Shown here: positions 9,973-20,649 of the stretch, in pieces | How positions within the stretch are numbered: position 1 is the first letter of the stretch | Layout of the letters: every line of letters starts with the position of its first letter | Source of the DNA: Saccharolobus islandicus REY15A | Lineage (GTDB): Archaea; Thermoproteota; Thermoprotei_A; Sulfolobales; Sulfolobaceae | Length of the DNA stretch: 64,000 nt | Direction: 5' to 3' (one strand) | Assembly: GCF_000189555.1 (NCBI RefSeq) | Contig: NC_017276.1 | Program-made: the position numbers and the translations under genes | The notes under the pieces: generated by a model | What the model was told of the DNA's origin: nothing | The model's input: the letters and a program-made list of their open reading frames with translations, nothing else | The model's database searches: none

Positions 9973-11145
9973 AACTATTGCCCCACCTTGACCTCCACCA
10001 ACACACAGCGTTGCAACACCATAATCCTTTCCCTCTATTATTAATTGCCTAGCCAAGGTACCCACTAGTCTAGCCCCAGTGGCTCCTAGTGGATGCCCTA
10101 TAGCAATAGCACCTCCCTTCTTATTTACTGTGCTCTCATCCAATTCTAATTGTTTTATAGCATATAATACTACAACTGCAAATGCCTCATTTATTTCCCA
10201 TAAGTCTATTTTTCTCGTGCTTAAATTTGCCTTTTCTAAGGCCTTCTTGGAAGCCGGTACTGGTCCCTTCCCCATTACTGCTGGAGGTACTCCAGCGAAC
10301 CCAAAACTTCTTATTTTTGCCATTGGAGTTAATCCATATTTCTTCAATGCATTTTTTGACATTAGAAGTACATAAGAAGCTCCAGAATTCAAAGGTGCTG
10401 AATTTCCAGCAGTTATTGTACCATTAGGTTTAAAGGCTGGAGGTAATTGGCTTAATTTTTCTATGCTAGTGTCTGGTCTAACCGATTGATCTACATTCAC
10501 TACAGATTTCTTCCCTTCAACTTCTACCTCAATAGGTAGGACCTCGTCTTTGAAATACCCCTCTTGTATAGCTTTCCATGCTAATTGATGACTCCTTAAA
10601 GACCACCTATCCATTTCCTCCCTTTTTATTCTAGCTTCTTCAGCTAATTTCTCAGCAGTTAATCCCATAACATACCCTGTAGTTAAATCGTATTCAATAT
10701 ATTTACTATCAGTTAGAAACTTAGTGTTAACTTCAATATGAGGATTATCAAACATTGGCGTTCTAGATAATTTTTCAACTCCACCCGCTAATACTATATC
10801 AGCCATACCAGTTGATATTTCCATGGCTCCTATAGAAACTGTAGTTAATGATGAAGCGCATTGCCTATCCACAGCCATAGTTGGTATGTTATATGGTAAT
10901 CTAGCTGCGAAAATTTCATGCCTACCTCCGAAAGCCCATTGTTCGCCTACTTGGAGCGCACATCCAGTGATTACTTCGTCTATTTCTTCTGCCTTAATTC
11001 CGTTTTTCTCTATTAACCTATTTATTACCATTCCAGCTAATTCCTCTGGTCTTATATTGTAAAATGGATCTTTTTGATAGTCCTTGCGTGAAAACCTCGT
11101 AAATGCCGTTCTCGCATAATCTACCAGATATACATCCTCTAACAT
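9958..11145 (-). CDS. Acetyl-CoA C-acyltransferase (3-ketoacyl-CoA thiolase)
   Basis: RQCASS, NEAF, GHPLGATG and LCVGGGQG motifs. Confidence 0.95.
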   Translation of the reverse strand: MLEDVYLVDYARTAFTRFSRKDYQKDPFYNIRPEELAGMVINRLIEKNGIKAEEIDEVITGCALQVGEQWAFGGRHEIFAARLPYNIPTMAVDRQCASSLTTVSIGAMEISTGMADIVLAGGVEKLSRTPMFDNPHIEVNTKFLTDSKYIEYDLTTGYVMGLTAEKLAEEARIKREEMDRWSLRSHQLAWKAIQEGYFKDEVLPIEVEVEGKKSVVNVDQSVRPDTSIEKLSQLPPAFKPNGTITAGNSAPLNSGASYVLLMSKNALKKYGLTPMAKIRSFGFAGVPPAVMGKGPVPASKKALEKANLSTRKIDLWEINEAFAVVVLYAIKQLELDESTVNKKGGAIAIGHPLGATGARLVGTLARQLIIEGKDYGVATLCVGGGQGGAIVLERV

Positions 11146-11182
11146 CTTATCATCTACCCACTATATTATTTTATTTGATAGA

Positions 11183-12082
11183 TTATATAGGTTGCAGGAA
11201 CTCAGAGATATTCACTTTACTATTGTATAACTTACTTAATGTAAGCGCTCTCCTTAAATGGAGGTGAATATCAAGATCATCTGTAAATCCTATCCCCCCA
11301 TGGACTTGGATACCACTTAATATAGCCTTAGGTATCTTCTTATTAGCTAAATCCTTAGCTATCCATGCGTACTTTATATTTTCTGCTGCTTCCAATATTA
11401 AAGATCTAGCTAATTCCACATCAATTGCGTCATTAACCACTCTATGCTTTATTGCCTGATACGAACCTATAGGTTTTCCAAAAGCGACTCTCTCTTTACT
11501 ATACTTAATTGACATACTAACTACTTCTTCACCACTTCCCACCATCTGAGAGGCTAATGAAAGTGCGATTTCAGCGTTATTAACTTCTATATCTTCATGG
11601 TTTCCAATGTTGTCTACTTTACTAATTTTCATGGAGTTATCAAGAGAATTGAAAGTGCGAATTGTACAGTTGCTTCTCTTAATCAGTCTATTTCCTACTA
11701 TTATATAATCAGCCTCATCAGCCGAGGGCACTAAGTTTGAATCAGATATTGCTATTCTAATTTCACCGGCGTACACTCTATTCAAAATGTCCTTGTTCTT
11801 AATACCCCTAGATGCTACTATACTACTTACCACAATTCCAGGCAGTAATTTTCTACCAATAACTTCATTTATTATCACGTTATCTCTTAATGATAGTGTG
11901 GAAAGGTAAGGTAAGATATCAAGCTTAATTATTTCCTTCCATATTTCCTCAATATAATCCTTGTTTCCCTCCATTACTGCCCTTAACTTTTTTGTGGACC
12001 ACCTTGATTCCAGTAATTCATTTAGACTGCTTAAAATCAGTTTAAGATCCTCGCTAATTTCGAAGTTAAGATCTAGGAGCAT
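11183..12082 (-). CDS. Short acyl-CoA dehydrogenase (beta-subunit-like)
   Basis: 299 aa with RVAFGKPIGSYQAIKH and QVHGGIGF; lacks the typical N-terminal FAD-binding motifs. Confidence 0.8.
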   Translation of the reverse strand: MLLDLNFEISEDLKLILSSLNELLESRWSTKKLRAVMEGNKDYIEEIWKEIIKLDILPYLSTLSLRDNVIINEVIGRKLLPGIVVSSIVASRGIKNKDILNRVYAGEIRIAISDSNLVPSADEADYIIVGNRLIKRSNCTIRTFNSLDNSMKISKVDNIGNHEDIEVNNAEIALSLASQMVGSGEEVVSMSIKYSKERVAFGKPIGSYQAIKHRVVNDAIDVELARSLILEAAENIKYAWIAKDLANKKIPKAILSGIQVHGGIGFTDDLDIHLHLRRALTLSKLYNSKVNISEFLQPI

Positions 12083-12086
12083 CTAA

Positions 12087-13013
12087 TCACCATGATTCAA
12101 TTACATCCAAATCCTTTGGTAATAACATTTCCAATTTCATCTGCTTGGCTCTATTTATTGCATCGATCCTAGTATTCAAGAGCTTTTTAGCGTAGTCTAC
12201 TAGCTCTATATTAGTTAGATTAAAAGGTAGACTTTCAACTTGGGGCATTGTAGGTTCAGAGAATATTCCTATAGCATAAGGTGCAAGATAATTTATGTGA
12301 TCCATGGCAGTCTTATATACTCCCTCTCCATATTCCTTTACTAGTCTTGTAATTAAATATATTCCAAATGCTATATGTCTAGACTCATCAGTAGCTATGA
12401 GGTTTACCATTTTAGCCAAGCCGGGTAGGATCTTTCTTGTATTTGTTATCTGCCTAAAAATATTGTAACCTCCTTCAGCTGCTACTCCTTCAACTATTAA
12501 ATTGTAAGTTACCACGGCTCTAACTTGATTTTCAGGAGAAGGATCTCTAGATAGATTCCACATGGCCTTTGGTAATTCTTCATAGAATATCTTCTTATAA
12601 TTAGGCGAAAGATCCTTTGTATATGCGCTCAGATCTTCCATAACATTGACTATATCAAAAAATCTTCTAAATGCCTCAACGTGTTTAGATTCCTCATAAA
12701 CGAATTGTTCTAAATACATTACCTCTTCTACCCTTCCCTCCTTAACTAGTGTCACGATTAGTGGATGGAGGTCTAGTGCTACGGCTTCTTCTCCCGCAGC
12801 GAACTTTGAACCAACATTTATTATAAACATTTTCTCTAAATCATTTAATTTTTTCCAGTCTTCTGCATCTTTACTTAGATCTATATTGGCTGGATCCCAG
12901 AAAAGCTTCTTTCCAAGCTGATATAATTTCATTGGGAAAAGTGACCAATTCAAGCCTCCAGATCTTATAGACTTAAAGTATTCATGCTTATATTCTTCAA
13001 AACTCATACCCAT
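12087..13013 (-). CDS. R2-like ligand-binding oxidase (R2lox, Mn/Fe ferritin-like)
   Basis: GEEAV, EESKH, YNLIVEG and DESRH metal-ligand pattern; no R1 partner in the window. Confidence 0.9.
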   Translation of the reverse strand: MGMSFEEYKHEYFKSIRSGGLNWSLFPMKLYQLGKKLFWDPANIDLSKDAEDWKKLNDLEKMFIINVGSKFAAGEEAVALDLHPLIVTLVKEGRVEEVMYLEQFVYEESKHVEAFRRFFDIVNVMEDLSAYTKDLSPNYKKIFYEELPKAMWNLSRDPSPENQVRAVVTYNLIVEGVAAEGGYNIFRQITNTRKILPGLAKMVNLIATDESRHIAFGIYLITRLVKEYGEGVYKTAMDHINYLAPYAIGIFSEPTMPQVESLPFNLTNIELVDYAKKLLNTRIDAINRAKQMKLEMLLPKDLDVIESW

Positions 13014-13102
13014 AATTAACTATAAATGATTTGTTTATATTTAAATTTTGCCTTAGATACGATAAAATAAAGTTTTAGTTAAGCCAGAGAACGAAAAGAC
13101 CC

Positions 13103-13861
13103 TTATTTTATTCCACCTTTTAAACTCTCTCCAGAGTCTAACACGAAAACTTGCCCTGTGAGAGACTCTATCTTAAGAATTGCTGCAGTGAACTCGGCTA
13201 CCTCTTCTGGGTCAAGAATTTTACCCATTAAAGTGAATTTTTCACCAAATTCCTTTTCACTCATTCCTAACACTTGAAACATACTTTCACCTAGTTTAGT
13301 CTTCACGAATCCTGGAGCTATGGCATTAACCCTTATTTTAGGGGCTAGTTCTAAAGCTAGGTACTTGGTTAGTGCAATTACTGCAGCTTTCATAGCGCCA
13401 TATATTGATAAGCCATAGGCTGGTGATACTCCAGCAACTGATGCTATGTTAACAATTGCTCCTCCATCTCTCATTTCCTTTGCTAAACTTTGAGAGCAGT
13501 AAACTACAGATTTAAAGTCAGTCGAGATATGCTTATCTAGAAGTTTATCATCTACATTTAAAAAGGGAGAGAATAGTCCTAAACCAGCATTATTTATCAA
13601 TATGTCAGCTACTCTATACCTGTCGATGGTCGCTTTAGCTAAAGTTTCACAACCCTCTCTCGTAGAGACATCAGCTAAGATTCCAATAGCTTCTCCTCCG
13701 TTCTCCTTTATGATTTTTATTGTTTCATTCATTTCATCAGCTCGCTTTTTAGCGTTTACTACAACTAAACTACCTTCTTTAGCTAATCTCACAGCTATTG
13801 CCCTACCAATACCCCTACCAGAACCCGTTACTACAACGACCTTATCCTTTAGGGAGTACAT
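13103..13861 (-). CDS. SDR family 3-oxoacyl reductase (FabG-like)
   Basis: TGSGRGIG, NNAG and YGAMK motifs. Confidence 0.9.
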   Translation of the reverse strand: MYSLKDKVVVVTGSGRGIGRAIAVRLAKEGSLVVVNAKKRADEMNETIKIIKENGGEAIGILADVSTREGCETLAKATIDRYRVADILINNAGLGLFSPFLNVDDKLLDKHISTDFKSVVYCSQSLAKEMRDGGAIVNIASVAGVSPAYGLSIYGAMKAAVIALTKYLALELAPKIRVNAIAPGFVKTKLGESMFQVLGMSEKEFGEKFTLMGKILDPEEVAEFTAAILKIESLTGQVFVLDSGESLKGGIK

Positions 13862-13895
13862 GAATAATATAAAATTTTTAGTAATAAAAAACTTT

Positions 13896-14942
13896 CTAAT
13901 TCCATCTTATTATAGCCCTTATGTGTAACCCTTTCTTTAAATTCTCATAAGCCTCATTTATCCTGTCTGGAGTGTAAATATGCGAAACTAACTTCTTAAT
14001 GTCGATTTTCCCGGAAGAGGCCAAACTTACTAGATCGGGTAAATCAATTCTAGGTCTGTAGCCTAAACTTCCTATTAAGGTTATACCTCTGGAGACGAAT
14101 AGTGTTACGGGAATTTGTGCTAATGTAGAGAATCCTCCCAATCCCGTAACAACTATAGTCCCACCGCTTTTAACTACTTCTAACGATAATTTGAAATCTG
14201 GATAAGGTTTTGTCTCATATACTATATCAGCACCATCTTCTAAAGCTTCCAGAACTTTCGCCCTCGCATCATTTTCGTTAGCGTTAATAATATGAGTTGC
14301 GCCCAGTAATTTAGCACTCTTTAACTTATTCTCATCTATGTCGACTGCAACAATAGGATTTAATCCAATTGAGTTAGCCAATTGTATTGCAGCAGAACCT
14401 ACACCACCAGCTCCCACTATAACAACACTCTTTCCTGAAGTAGCGTTCGCACTCTTTAATGCATTATAAGCAGTACCATATGCACATGCAATTGGAGAAG
14501 AATAGTATGGATCAAGATTTTTGGCCAGAGGAATTACTGCTATCTCTGGAACAGTTAAATACTCAGCATGACCTCCATTAATACCAATTAGACCTACTAG
14601 TCTCTTTGCATTATCTTTACAATAATTCTCCTTTCCATTTGCGCAATATCTACATATACCACATGGAACTATCCAAGATACTAGAACTGGATCTCCCTCC
14701 TTTAGTCCATATGGATTCTTAACGTTCTCACCTATCTTCTCTACCCACCCAGCTATTTCGTGACCAATTATAAACCCGTTAGGAAGTGGCCCTACCAATT
14801 CACCACTTAATAGATGTAAATCGCTATGGCATATTCCGGTCGATGCTACTTTCACTAAGACTTCTCCTTCTTTTGGAGCTGGATTGGGAACTTCTTCTAT
14901 TTCTAATGGTAATCCATACCCTTTATATACGGCTGCTTTCAT
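13896..14942 (-). CDS. Zn-dependent alcohol dehydrogenase
   Basis: GICHSD, GHE, CGICRYC...C and GAGGVG motifs. Confidence 0.9.
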   Translation of the reverse strand: MKAAVYKGYGLPLEIEEVPNPAPKEGEVLVKVASTGICHSDLHLLSGELVGPLPNGFIIGHEIAGWVEKIGENVKNPYGLKEGDPVLVSWIVPCGICRYCANGKENYCKDNAKRLVGLIGINGGHAEYLTVPEIAVIPLAKNLDPYYSSPIACAYGTAYNALKSANATSGKSVVIVGAGGVGSAAIQLANSIGLNPIVAVDIDENKLKSAKLLGATHIINANENDARAKVLEALEDGADIVYETKPYPDFKLSLEVVKSGGTIVVTGLGGFSTLAQIPVTLFVSRGITLIGSLGYRPRIDLPDLVSLASSGKIDIKKLVSHIYTPDRINEAYENLKKGLHIRAIIRWN

Positions 14943-15162
14943 TGTTTCTTTCTATATCTTTAATAGAATTAATTTCTTCCTTTATAATAGTCGACTTTTT
15001 ATTTAATACCTCTCTATTTATATATAAACTCCCCTAGAGATATAGGGTATAATTTTAATGTGAAATCATATATTGTATAAATTGTATATAATATAAGATA
15101 CAAACATAACAGTCAACTTTTAATGGTAGTAGCCTCTACTATTTTCAAACAATTTATCTAAA

Positions 15163-15178
15163 TTGATAATAGAGTCAG
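15163..15178. promoter_or_regulatory. Candidate secondary FadR site
   Basis: TTGATAATAGAGTCAG; its reverse complement matches 12/16 positions of the operator at 19587. Confidence 0.4.
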
Positions 15179-15225
15179 AATTCAATTTCCCTTATTAAGA
15201 GAAATAGCTTTTTAACAAAATTGGC

Positions 15226-15630
15226 TCAGATCTTTCTCTTAATTCTTTCTAACCTTACTTCCTCGTCAAATCTTTTGATATTTTTCTCAATTTTTCTTCT
15301 TAGTGAGAATTTAATAAAAGAAGCAAATCTACCTTCAAATTCTACTATTAGTCTAATCTCACCCTCTTTAAATAAGTCAAATTCTAAAACTCCACCTTCT
15401 CCCTTTTGTGTTCCCACACTATAAAACTTATAAGACACCTTATTATTCCCTACATAGACCGTACCGTGTAGAATTAATGCTGTAACTCCTAACGATATCA
15501 TGGCATCAAATTCATTACCCTTTACAGATACTGTTTCAGCTCCTAATATCTTGTATAACGTAAAAATAGGATCTGACAGAATTTTTGCTAAAGCTTGTAT
15601 ATCATGCTGTGTAGGGAAAGTGATTTCCAT
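15226..15630 (-). CDS. START/Bet v1-like lipid-binding protein (STK_08120-like)
   Basis: SDP near the N-terminus and a C-terminal RLERIKRKI, as recalled for the Sulfolobus fatty-acid-binding START protein. Confidence 0.7.
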   Translation of the reverse strand: MEITFPTQHDIQALAKILSDPIFTLYKILGAETVSVKGNEFDAMISLGVTALILHGTVYVGNNKVSYKFYSVGTQKGEGGVLEFDLFKEGEIRLIVEFEGRFASFIKFSLRRKIEKNIKRFDEEVRLERIKRKI

Positions 15631-15693
15631 AGATTTATTTTCCTATTTATTCTTTTTATGTTTTTCTATTATCAGATCAAAAGGAAAAAAAGA

Positions 15694-17085
15694 CTAGCTT
15701 AATACCCTTTTAACTAAGTTTTCGGCCTCCTTAAAATTATAACTTCTGAATAGCTCTATTTTGCTAGCTTCCATAGAACCTTCCGCATGTATCATACCAG
15801 TTAGCAAATAGCCAGTAAACGTACTAGCCCCTAATTCCTTAGCTAGTTTTAACACTTTTGCTCTTTCCTCTCCATCAACTGAGCCCCTTAAATATTTAAC
15901 AATATTCTTTCCTTCATCACTTTCCAAATCTTCTTGAGAGGGCATAGTAGCTATTATCCCCCCAGCAATGTCAATTAAATCTCTTACAACATCATGGAAA
16001 TGCATATTAGAGTATAATTTACCAACATTAGTAAAAAGCGGGTTGGGCACAGCTATACCCTCCATGTTTACTGGATACACAGCCGCAGCTATCGCGCTAC
16101 TCCTCATAATTTCCTTGTAGAGAATTATATCAACTATATCATCTCTCACATGCTTTTCATTCTCAATGCCATTTACTTGAGATGCCACTTTAGATGCTCC
16201 CAAATATAGATTCATGGTCGCTGACCTATACGATAATGCAGTAAACCTATGGAAGGTTGCAAATAGCATAGCCAATGTTCCAGCGTAGTCGTATTCCTTA
16301 AATAAAAATACCCTATCCCAAGGAACGAAAACGTCGTTGAAGACGGTTAATGTTTCTAGCTCATAATCTTTTCTACTGAGTACTGAGGAGGAATTGCCCT
16401 CAATTTCATCAATTGGTCTAATATACATCTTCAAACCTTTAGTATTAGCTGGAACCGCAAAGGCTACTGCGTAATCTTTATCGCTATCCCTCATTACTCT
16501 GGTTGGTATGACAATAATCTCATCAGATACCGCAGATTGAGTTGTATGAGCCTTTGCTCCTCTAACAACTATTCCATCGCTTTTCACATCAACTACTCTA
16601 ACATACATATCTGGATCAACTTGTTCAGAAGGCCTCTTACTTCGATCTCCCTTAACGTCAGTCTGGGCAGTGGCTAACGTTAAATCTTCTTTAGCAACTC
16701 TCTCAAAATATTTTTCAACACGTTTTGAGTAATCAGTTCCGTATTTTCTATCAACTTGTTTTGCCGTGATCATAAGGGCAAAGATCGCATCACTTCCTAT
16801 TGCTTGTGAAATGTTAAATACCCCATTACAATACATCGTTAAATCGTAAATTAGTTTATGTCTATCTAGCAAATCTTGAGATGTCCAAGGTACCTTAAAG
16901 AACTTGCTCATTTTTCCCATTTTATTATCCTCATAGACTCTATCAGCGTATTCATATAACTTAGCTGCGTGTAATGCGGCTGTCTTTAAAATCTGATGTG
17001 TTGTTATATCTTCTACTAACTTCCCCCTATAATACAAATTTCTTCCATCTTTTAAGGACTTTAGGAAATCTTCTTTTGATCTCAT
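15694..17085 (-). CDS. HpaB/4-hydroxybutyryl-CoA dehydratase superfamily flavoprotein (oxygenase-like)
   Basis: AQTDVKGDRS, VRGAKAHTT, FNDVFVPWDRVF and HRF motifs; only one Cys is present in the region where the dehydratase carries its Fe-S ligands. Confidence 0.8.
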   Translation of the reverse strand: MRSKEDFLKSLKDGRNLYYRGKLVEDITTHQILKTAALHAAKLYEYADRVYEDNKMGKMSKFFKVPWTSQDLLDRHKLIYDLTMYCNGVFNISQAIGSDAIFALMITAKQVDRKYGTDYSKRVEKYFERVAKEDLTLATAQTDVKGDRSKRPSEQVDPDMYVRVVDVKSDGIVVRGAKAHTTQSAVSDEIIVIPTRVMRDSDKDYAVAFAVPANTKGLKMYIRPIDEIEGNSSSVLSRKDYELETLTVFNDVFVPWDRVFLFKEYDYAGTLAMLFATFHRFTALSYRSATMNLYLGASKVASQVNGIENEKHVRDDIVDIILYKEIMRSSAIAAAVYPVNMEGIAVPNPLFTNVGKLYSNMHFHDVVRDLIDIAGGIIATMPSQEDLESDEGKNIVKYLRGSVDGEERAKVLKLAKELGASTFTGYLLTGMIHAEGSMEASKIELFRSYNFKEAENLVKRVLS

Positions 17086-17402
17086 AAATAATATTACTCA
17101 TGTTAGTCTATTAACTTTTTCTTTACCTTAAAGAAATAACTCTATGATATGGGTTGGGAACATACCGCAAATTGATTGACCTAAAATCAACCATTTGAAA
17201 TAAATCTGTATTATTAAAAAGCACTTCTTTTACTTTAACTAAATACCACACTATGTCAAAGATATTATTAATAAATGGGAGAATAAATAATAATCTGAAA
17301 TCCTCTTTTTCAGTTTGAATACGTTGAAGAGTGAATAGATAAGCGTTTCAATCAAGAAGGCTAAAATGCAAAACAAGAACTTAGTTGAACTAGTAGATAG
17401 GA

Positions 17403-17710
17403 AACGTTCCTATAAGACGTCTCTATGGGATTTCTCATCTTATCATATACTCTCAAGGCTTGTTGGGTAGATCAAGGTTAGTAGCTCTAACTATTTATTC
17501 AACTCTCTTTCCCTTCTTCCTTCTCATCTTCTCCTTACGATTAGCGATAAACTTAGACTTGCTCATCTTTCTCGTGCCTCTTACTATTCGTAATTTATTC
17601 CCAATCACGTTCCTCGTAGATTTTAACGTCACCAACTGGTACTGAGATAATGTATTTGAATTGTGAGATGAAGTCTACTACGTTAACCGAGTGGAATCCT
17701 TCGTCAAGTT
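17403..17710 (-). mobile_element. Degenerate ISH3 transposase remnant
   Basis: Reverse complement reads LDEGFHSVNVVDFISQFKYIISVPVGDVKIYEE...RATNLDL with stops; homologous to 788-1423. Confidence 0.8.
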
Positions 17711-17877
17711 TTATTAAGTTATTGAATTCTCAGCATTATTATAATAAGTTCCAGTCTTTTCTATAAATCTGATCTTGCGTAACTAGGAATTATTTTTGTA
17801 AAAAGATCTTGAATATGCTAGTGAAAGTAAGGTAACTCCAAAAAATTTTCTTCAAAAATTATCTTTATTCTTGATAC

Positions 17878-19299
17878 TTACTTCTCGCTTTTTATAATTC
17901 CTCCTTGAGGTTGTTGTGGAGTTAGATGGATTTCGTTTATCTCCTCTAATCTTACTCCAACAGTCCTAGGAACGGTAAACCATAAGATCGCTGCAGCTAC
18001 AACTACCGGGAATGCCTCAATAGCCCAGGCATTTATTGGTCCAGTGGCTAATACTAATGGGAAGAGCAATAATGGTCCTATAGCTCCTCCAAGATGTCCT
18101 AATCCATCAGTTATAGCAAATCCAGTAGATCTAGCTGCTGTAGGGAAGGACTCACTACTCATTAAATATCCAGCCAAATATGACATACCACCCCCAATAG
18201 CGTTCGTAATGAGTGCTAAAGTCAATGCCATACTTAATAAGTTAAAGTGTAAAGCAAAATACGATGCAACTATCATACCTACTAACCAACCTATGGAGCC
18301 TATTTGGGTAATCAATCTCCTATCTGTTCTCTCTATAATAATTAATAGAAGAAATGCCATAAGAGTATCTCCCAATGCTGAAAATCCTGTAAGGAGAACA
18401 AACTGGTTAAGCATAGTGCCAGAATAACCTATGAATTTTCCATAGTAATCCCATAATGTTGAAAATGTATACTGTACGAAGTATATGAAAAACCAGAACA
18501 ATAGAAGTCCTACTAAACGTTTTGTAAATACTCTCTTGGCTAATATTGAAAATGGATTTGTAGTTTGATACGAATAATTTATTATTTTAGGTTCTGGTAA
18601 TGACTGGACTCTTGCTCTCTTCATGGCAGTCTCTTCCATTATTCTTACAATACTCTCAGCTTCGTTTATCCTGCCCTTTTTGACTAAGAATCTTACAGTT
18701 TCTGGAGCCCTTATTCTAATTACTAGTGCCGCAACCGCCATTATAGCTGCTATTCCAAAGGCTAATCTCCATCCTATTGAAGGTAGACCAGTAACCAATA
18801 ATGCGGCAATTGTTGAACCGATACCAACTGCTATCCATCCAGCTGCGTAGATCCAGTTTGCGTACTTACCTCTTTTTGCACTTGGAGCAAATTCAGATAT
18901 ATAAACCATTGCTAGATTTAAGTCGCCGCCTATTCCAGCTCCTTCAATGAATCTAAATACTGCTAGCATGGGAAAGTTGACAGATAATGCCATCCCCAAA
19001 CTGCCTATTGCAGTCAATAAGACAGTGATTATTAGTACAGTCCTTCTGCCTATTCTATCTGCTAAGTAACCTAATCCTAGAGAACCTGGAATATAACCAA
19101 AGAGACCTAGAGATGCTATCAAAGAAGCTTGAGATGCGTTGATAAAGGGTATATACGGTAGTGCAGCTCCTATATTTCCCACGGCATCATAGAGTGTTAT
19201 GAAGTAGCTAAATCCTATAGCCCATAGTAATGCATATGATAGTCCCCATGTAGGTAGTCTATCTATTCTAGCCAGATATTCATCTAATTTACTACTCAT
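17878..19299 (-). CDS. MFS transporter (sugar/aromatic-acid porter-like), paralog 1
   Basis: ADRIGRR, FRFIEG and ESFPTAARSTG motifs. Start reassigned to MSSKLDEY at 19299. Confidence 0.9.
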   Translation of the reverse strand: MSSKLDEYLARIDRLPTWGLSYALLWAIGFSYFITLYDAVGNIGAALPYIPFINASQASLIASLGLFGYIPGSLGLGYLADRIGRRTVLIITVLLTAIGSLGMALSVNFPMLAVFRFIEGAGIGGDLNLAMVYISEFAPSAKRGKYANWIYAAGWIAVGIGSTIAALLVTGLPSIGWRLAFGIAAIMAVAALVIRIRAPETVRFLVKKGRINEAESIVRIMEETAMKRARVQSLPEPKIINYSYQTTNPFSILAKRVFTKRLVGLLLFWFFIYFVQYTFSTLWDYYGKFIGYSGTMLNQFVLLTGFSALGDTLMAFLLLIIIERTDRRLITQIGSIGWLVGMIVASYFALHFNLLSMALTLALITNAIGGGMSYLAGYLMSSESFPTAARSTGFAITDGLGHLGGAIGPLLLFPLVLATGPINAWAIEAFPVVVAAAILWFTVPRTVGVRLEEINEIHLTPQQPQGGIIKSEK

Positions 19300-19320
19300 A
19301 TGGTTACTTACATCAATTAC

Positions 19321-19341
19321 TTCATAAAACCATCTTATGAA
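19321..19341. promoter_or_regulatory. Inverted repeat TTCATAA-N7-TTATGAA over the MFS1 promoter
   Basis: Perfect arms; the same motif lies at the same distance upstream of paralog 2. Confidence 0.6.
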
Positions 19342-19586
19342 AGTCAATTTTGTAGATTTATACATTTATTCTATAATAAGGAATTCTCAAGATTCTATTT
19401 TGAAGCATACTATATAGCTTTATACTCATTTGTTAATTTAGCTTACATTTAGAAAAAAGAGGTTATCGCTATACTGACTGGGATTTACCTATATTTTTAA
19501 ATAATACTTATTTATAAATTAGGAAAGTATTATTATAATATCATTCCTTTTAGAAAGGTTTATATACGATGACAATAAATTATAAA

Positions 19587-19602
19587 TTGACTCAGTAATC
19601 AA
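19587..19602. promoter_or_regulatory. FadR operator (autoregulatory)
   Basis: TTGACTCAGTAATCAA, a 16-bp dyad between the TATA-like TTTATATA (19559-19566) and the fadR ATG. Confidence 0.75.
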
Positions 19603-19604
19603 AA

Positions 19605-20204
19605 ATGGTGATCCAAATGTATAGGTACCCAAAAACTGAAAAGGGAAAGGAGTCATTAAATAAAATAATAACTGCATCACTCGACTTAATTTCAGAGAAA
19701 GGCTTTTTGAATACTAGTATAAGTGATATAACTAACAAGGCTGGCGTTGCTTACGGCTTATTCTATTTCTATTTTAAGAGTAAACATGATATATTAGATG
19801 AGTTAATTAGAAAATTCAATACCGATATGAGGTATTATTTAAAGGTAAATACAATGGGTATTCAAAATAGGATAGAGATGGAAAAAGAAGGTTTAGCTAA
19901 ATTCCTAGAATGGATGAGTCAAAATAAAAAATACTACAAGGTATTCGTAGAGGCTCAAGTGCATAGGCCAGAAATGTACATATGGCATTTCACTAAATTG
20001 GCAGAGAGATATAAGATTGGCCTAAAAGAGGCTATGGATAGGGGAGAGATTGTTAAAGTAGATCCAGAATTATTAGCCTATGTATTAATAGGAATAGGCG
20101 AGATGATAGGTAGAAGATATATTCTGTGGACAAATCAAGGGTTAAATAAAAAACAATATAATGATTTGGCCATTCTTATAGAAAATATGCTAAGACCCAA
20201 GTAG
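19605..20204 (+). CDS. fadR: TetR-family fatty-acid metabolism regulator (FadR-type)
   Basis: PKTEKGKESLNKI...AGVAYGLFYFYFKSK HTH, closely resembling S. acidocaldarius FadR as recalled. Confidence 0.9.
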   Translation: MVIQMYRYPKTEKGKESLNKIITASLDLISEKGFLNTSISDITNKAGVAYGLFYFYFKSKHDILDELIRKFNTDMRYYLKVNTMGIQNRIEMEKEGLAKFLEWMSQNKKYYKVFVEAQVHRPEMYIWHFTKLAERYKIGLKEAMDRGEIVKVDPELLAYVLIGIGEMIGRRYILWTNQGLNKKQYNDLAILIENMLRPK

Positions 20205-20205
20205 T

Positions 20206-20649
20206 CTAAACAAGGAATTTTGTATTTATTTTATTTGAGATATTAGCCATAACCACTGAAGCAGTAGTGTATCTAGCCAGATCGAAGAGGCTACCCTTCT
20301 TAAGCTTTATTGTGCCAGACAACAAGGCTGAGACAACTTGTAGTTTTCCGCTAATTATATCCTTCCAAGAATTATAACTTGCCTCAAGTACGTATGGGGC
20401 ATCAGCCTTGGTAATATCGCTGAAAAACTCCGTACCTTGACACTTTCCATTATTTAGATAAAGCTTCATTGCTATAGCGTTAGTACCCTTTACACCTAAA
20501 TAGTCCAATACTTGGATAGGGATATCGGTTGCCACGAATAAAATTGGCGAAACCCACCCTTTCCCTGCGTCATTATATTCCTTGCTTTCATTTAGTAGTT
20601 TACACCATTCTTCTGCCCATTCCTTACTAGGATACACAAACTCAGCCAT
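20206..20649 (-). CDS. SCP2 sterol-carrier/lipid-binding domain protein
   Basis: WKDIISGKL...ALLSGTIKLKKGS signature; likely start MAEFVYPS. Confidence 0.8.
   Translation of the reverse strand: MAEFVYPSKEWAEEWCKLLNESKEYNDAGKGWVSPILFVATDIPIQVLDYLGVKGTNAIAMKLYLNNGKCQGTEFFSDITKADAPYVLEASYNSWKDIISGKLQVVSALLSGTIKLKKGSLFDLARYTTASVVMANISNKINTKFLV

Noticed and set aside
10079-10427. Many short opposite-strand ORFs in the track (e.g. 10079, 18044, 25226, 37234, 56446)
   Set aside because: They are antisense shadows of well-supported genes and contain no motifs.
15694-17085. 4-hydroxybutyryl-CoA dehydratase of the 3HP/4HB cycle
   Set aside because: The Cys/His ligand set for the [4Fe-4S] cluster is not evident.
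17176-17190. TTGACCTAAAATCAA as a FadR site
   Set aside because: The spacer is 7 nt rather than 8, so the dyad geometry does not match the operator.
19300-19365. Conserved 22-aa N-terminal extension (MYKS.KLTFIR.FYE) on both MFS paralogs
   Set aside because: Differences between the copies are largely non-synonymous while a DNA palindrome is invariant; better explained as conserved promoter DNA.
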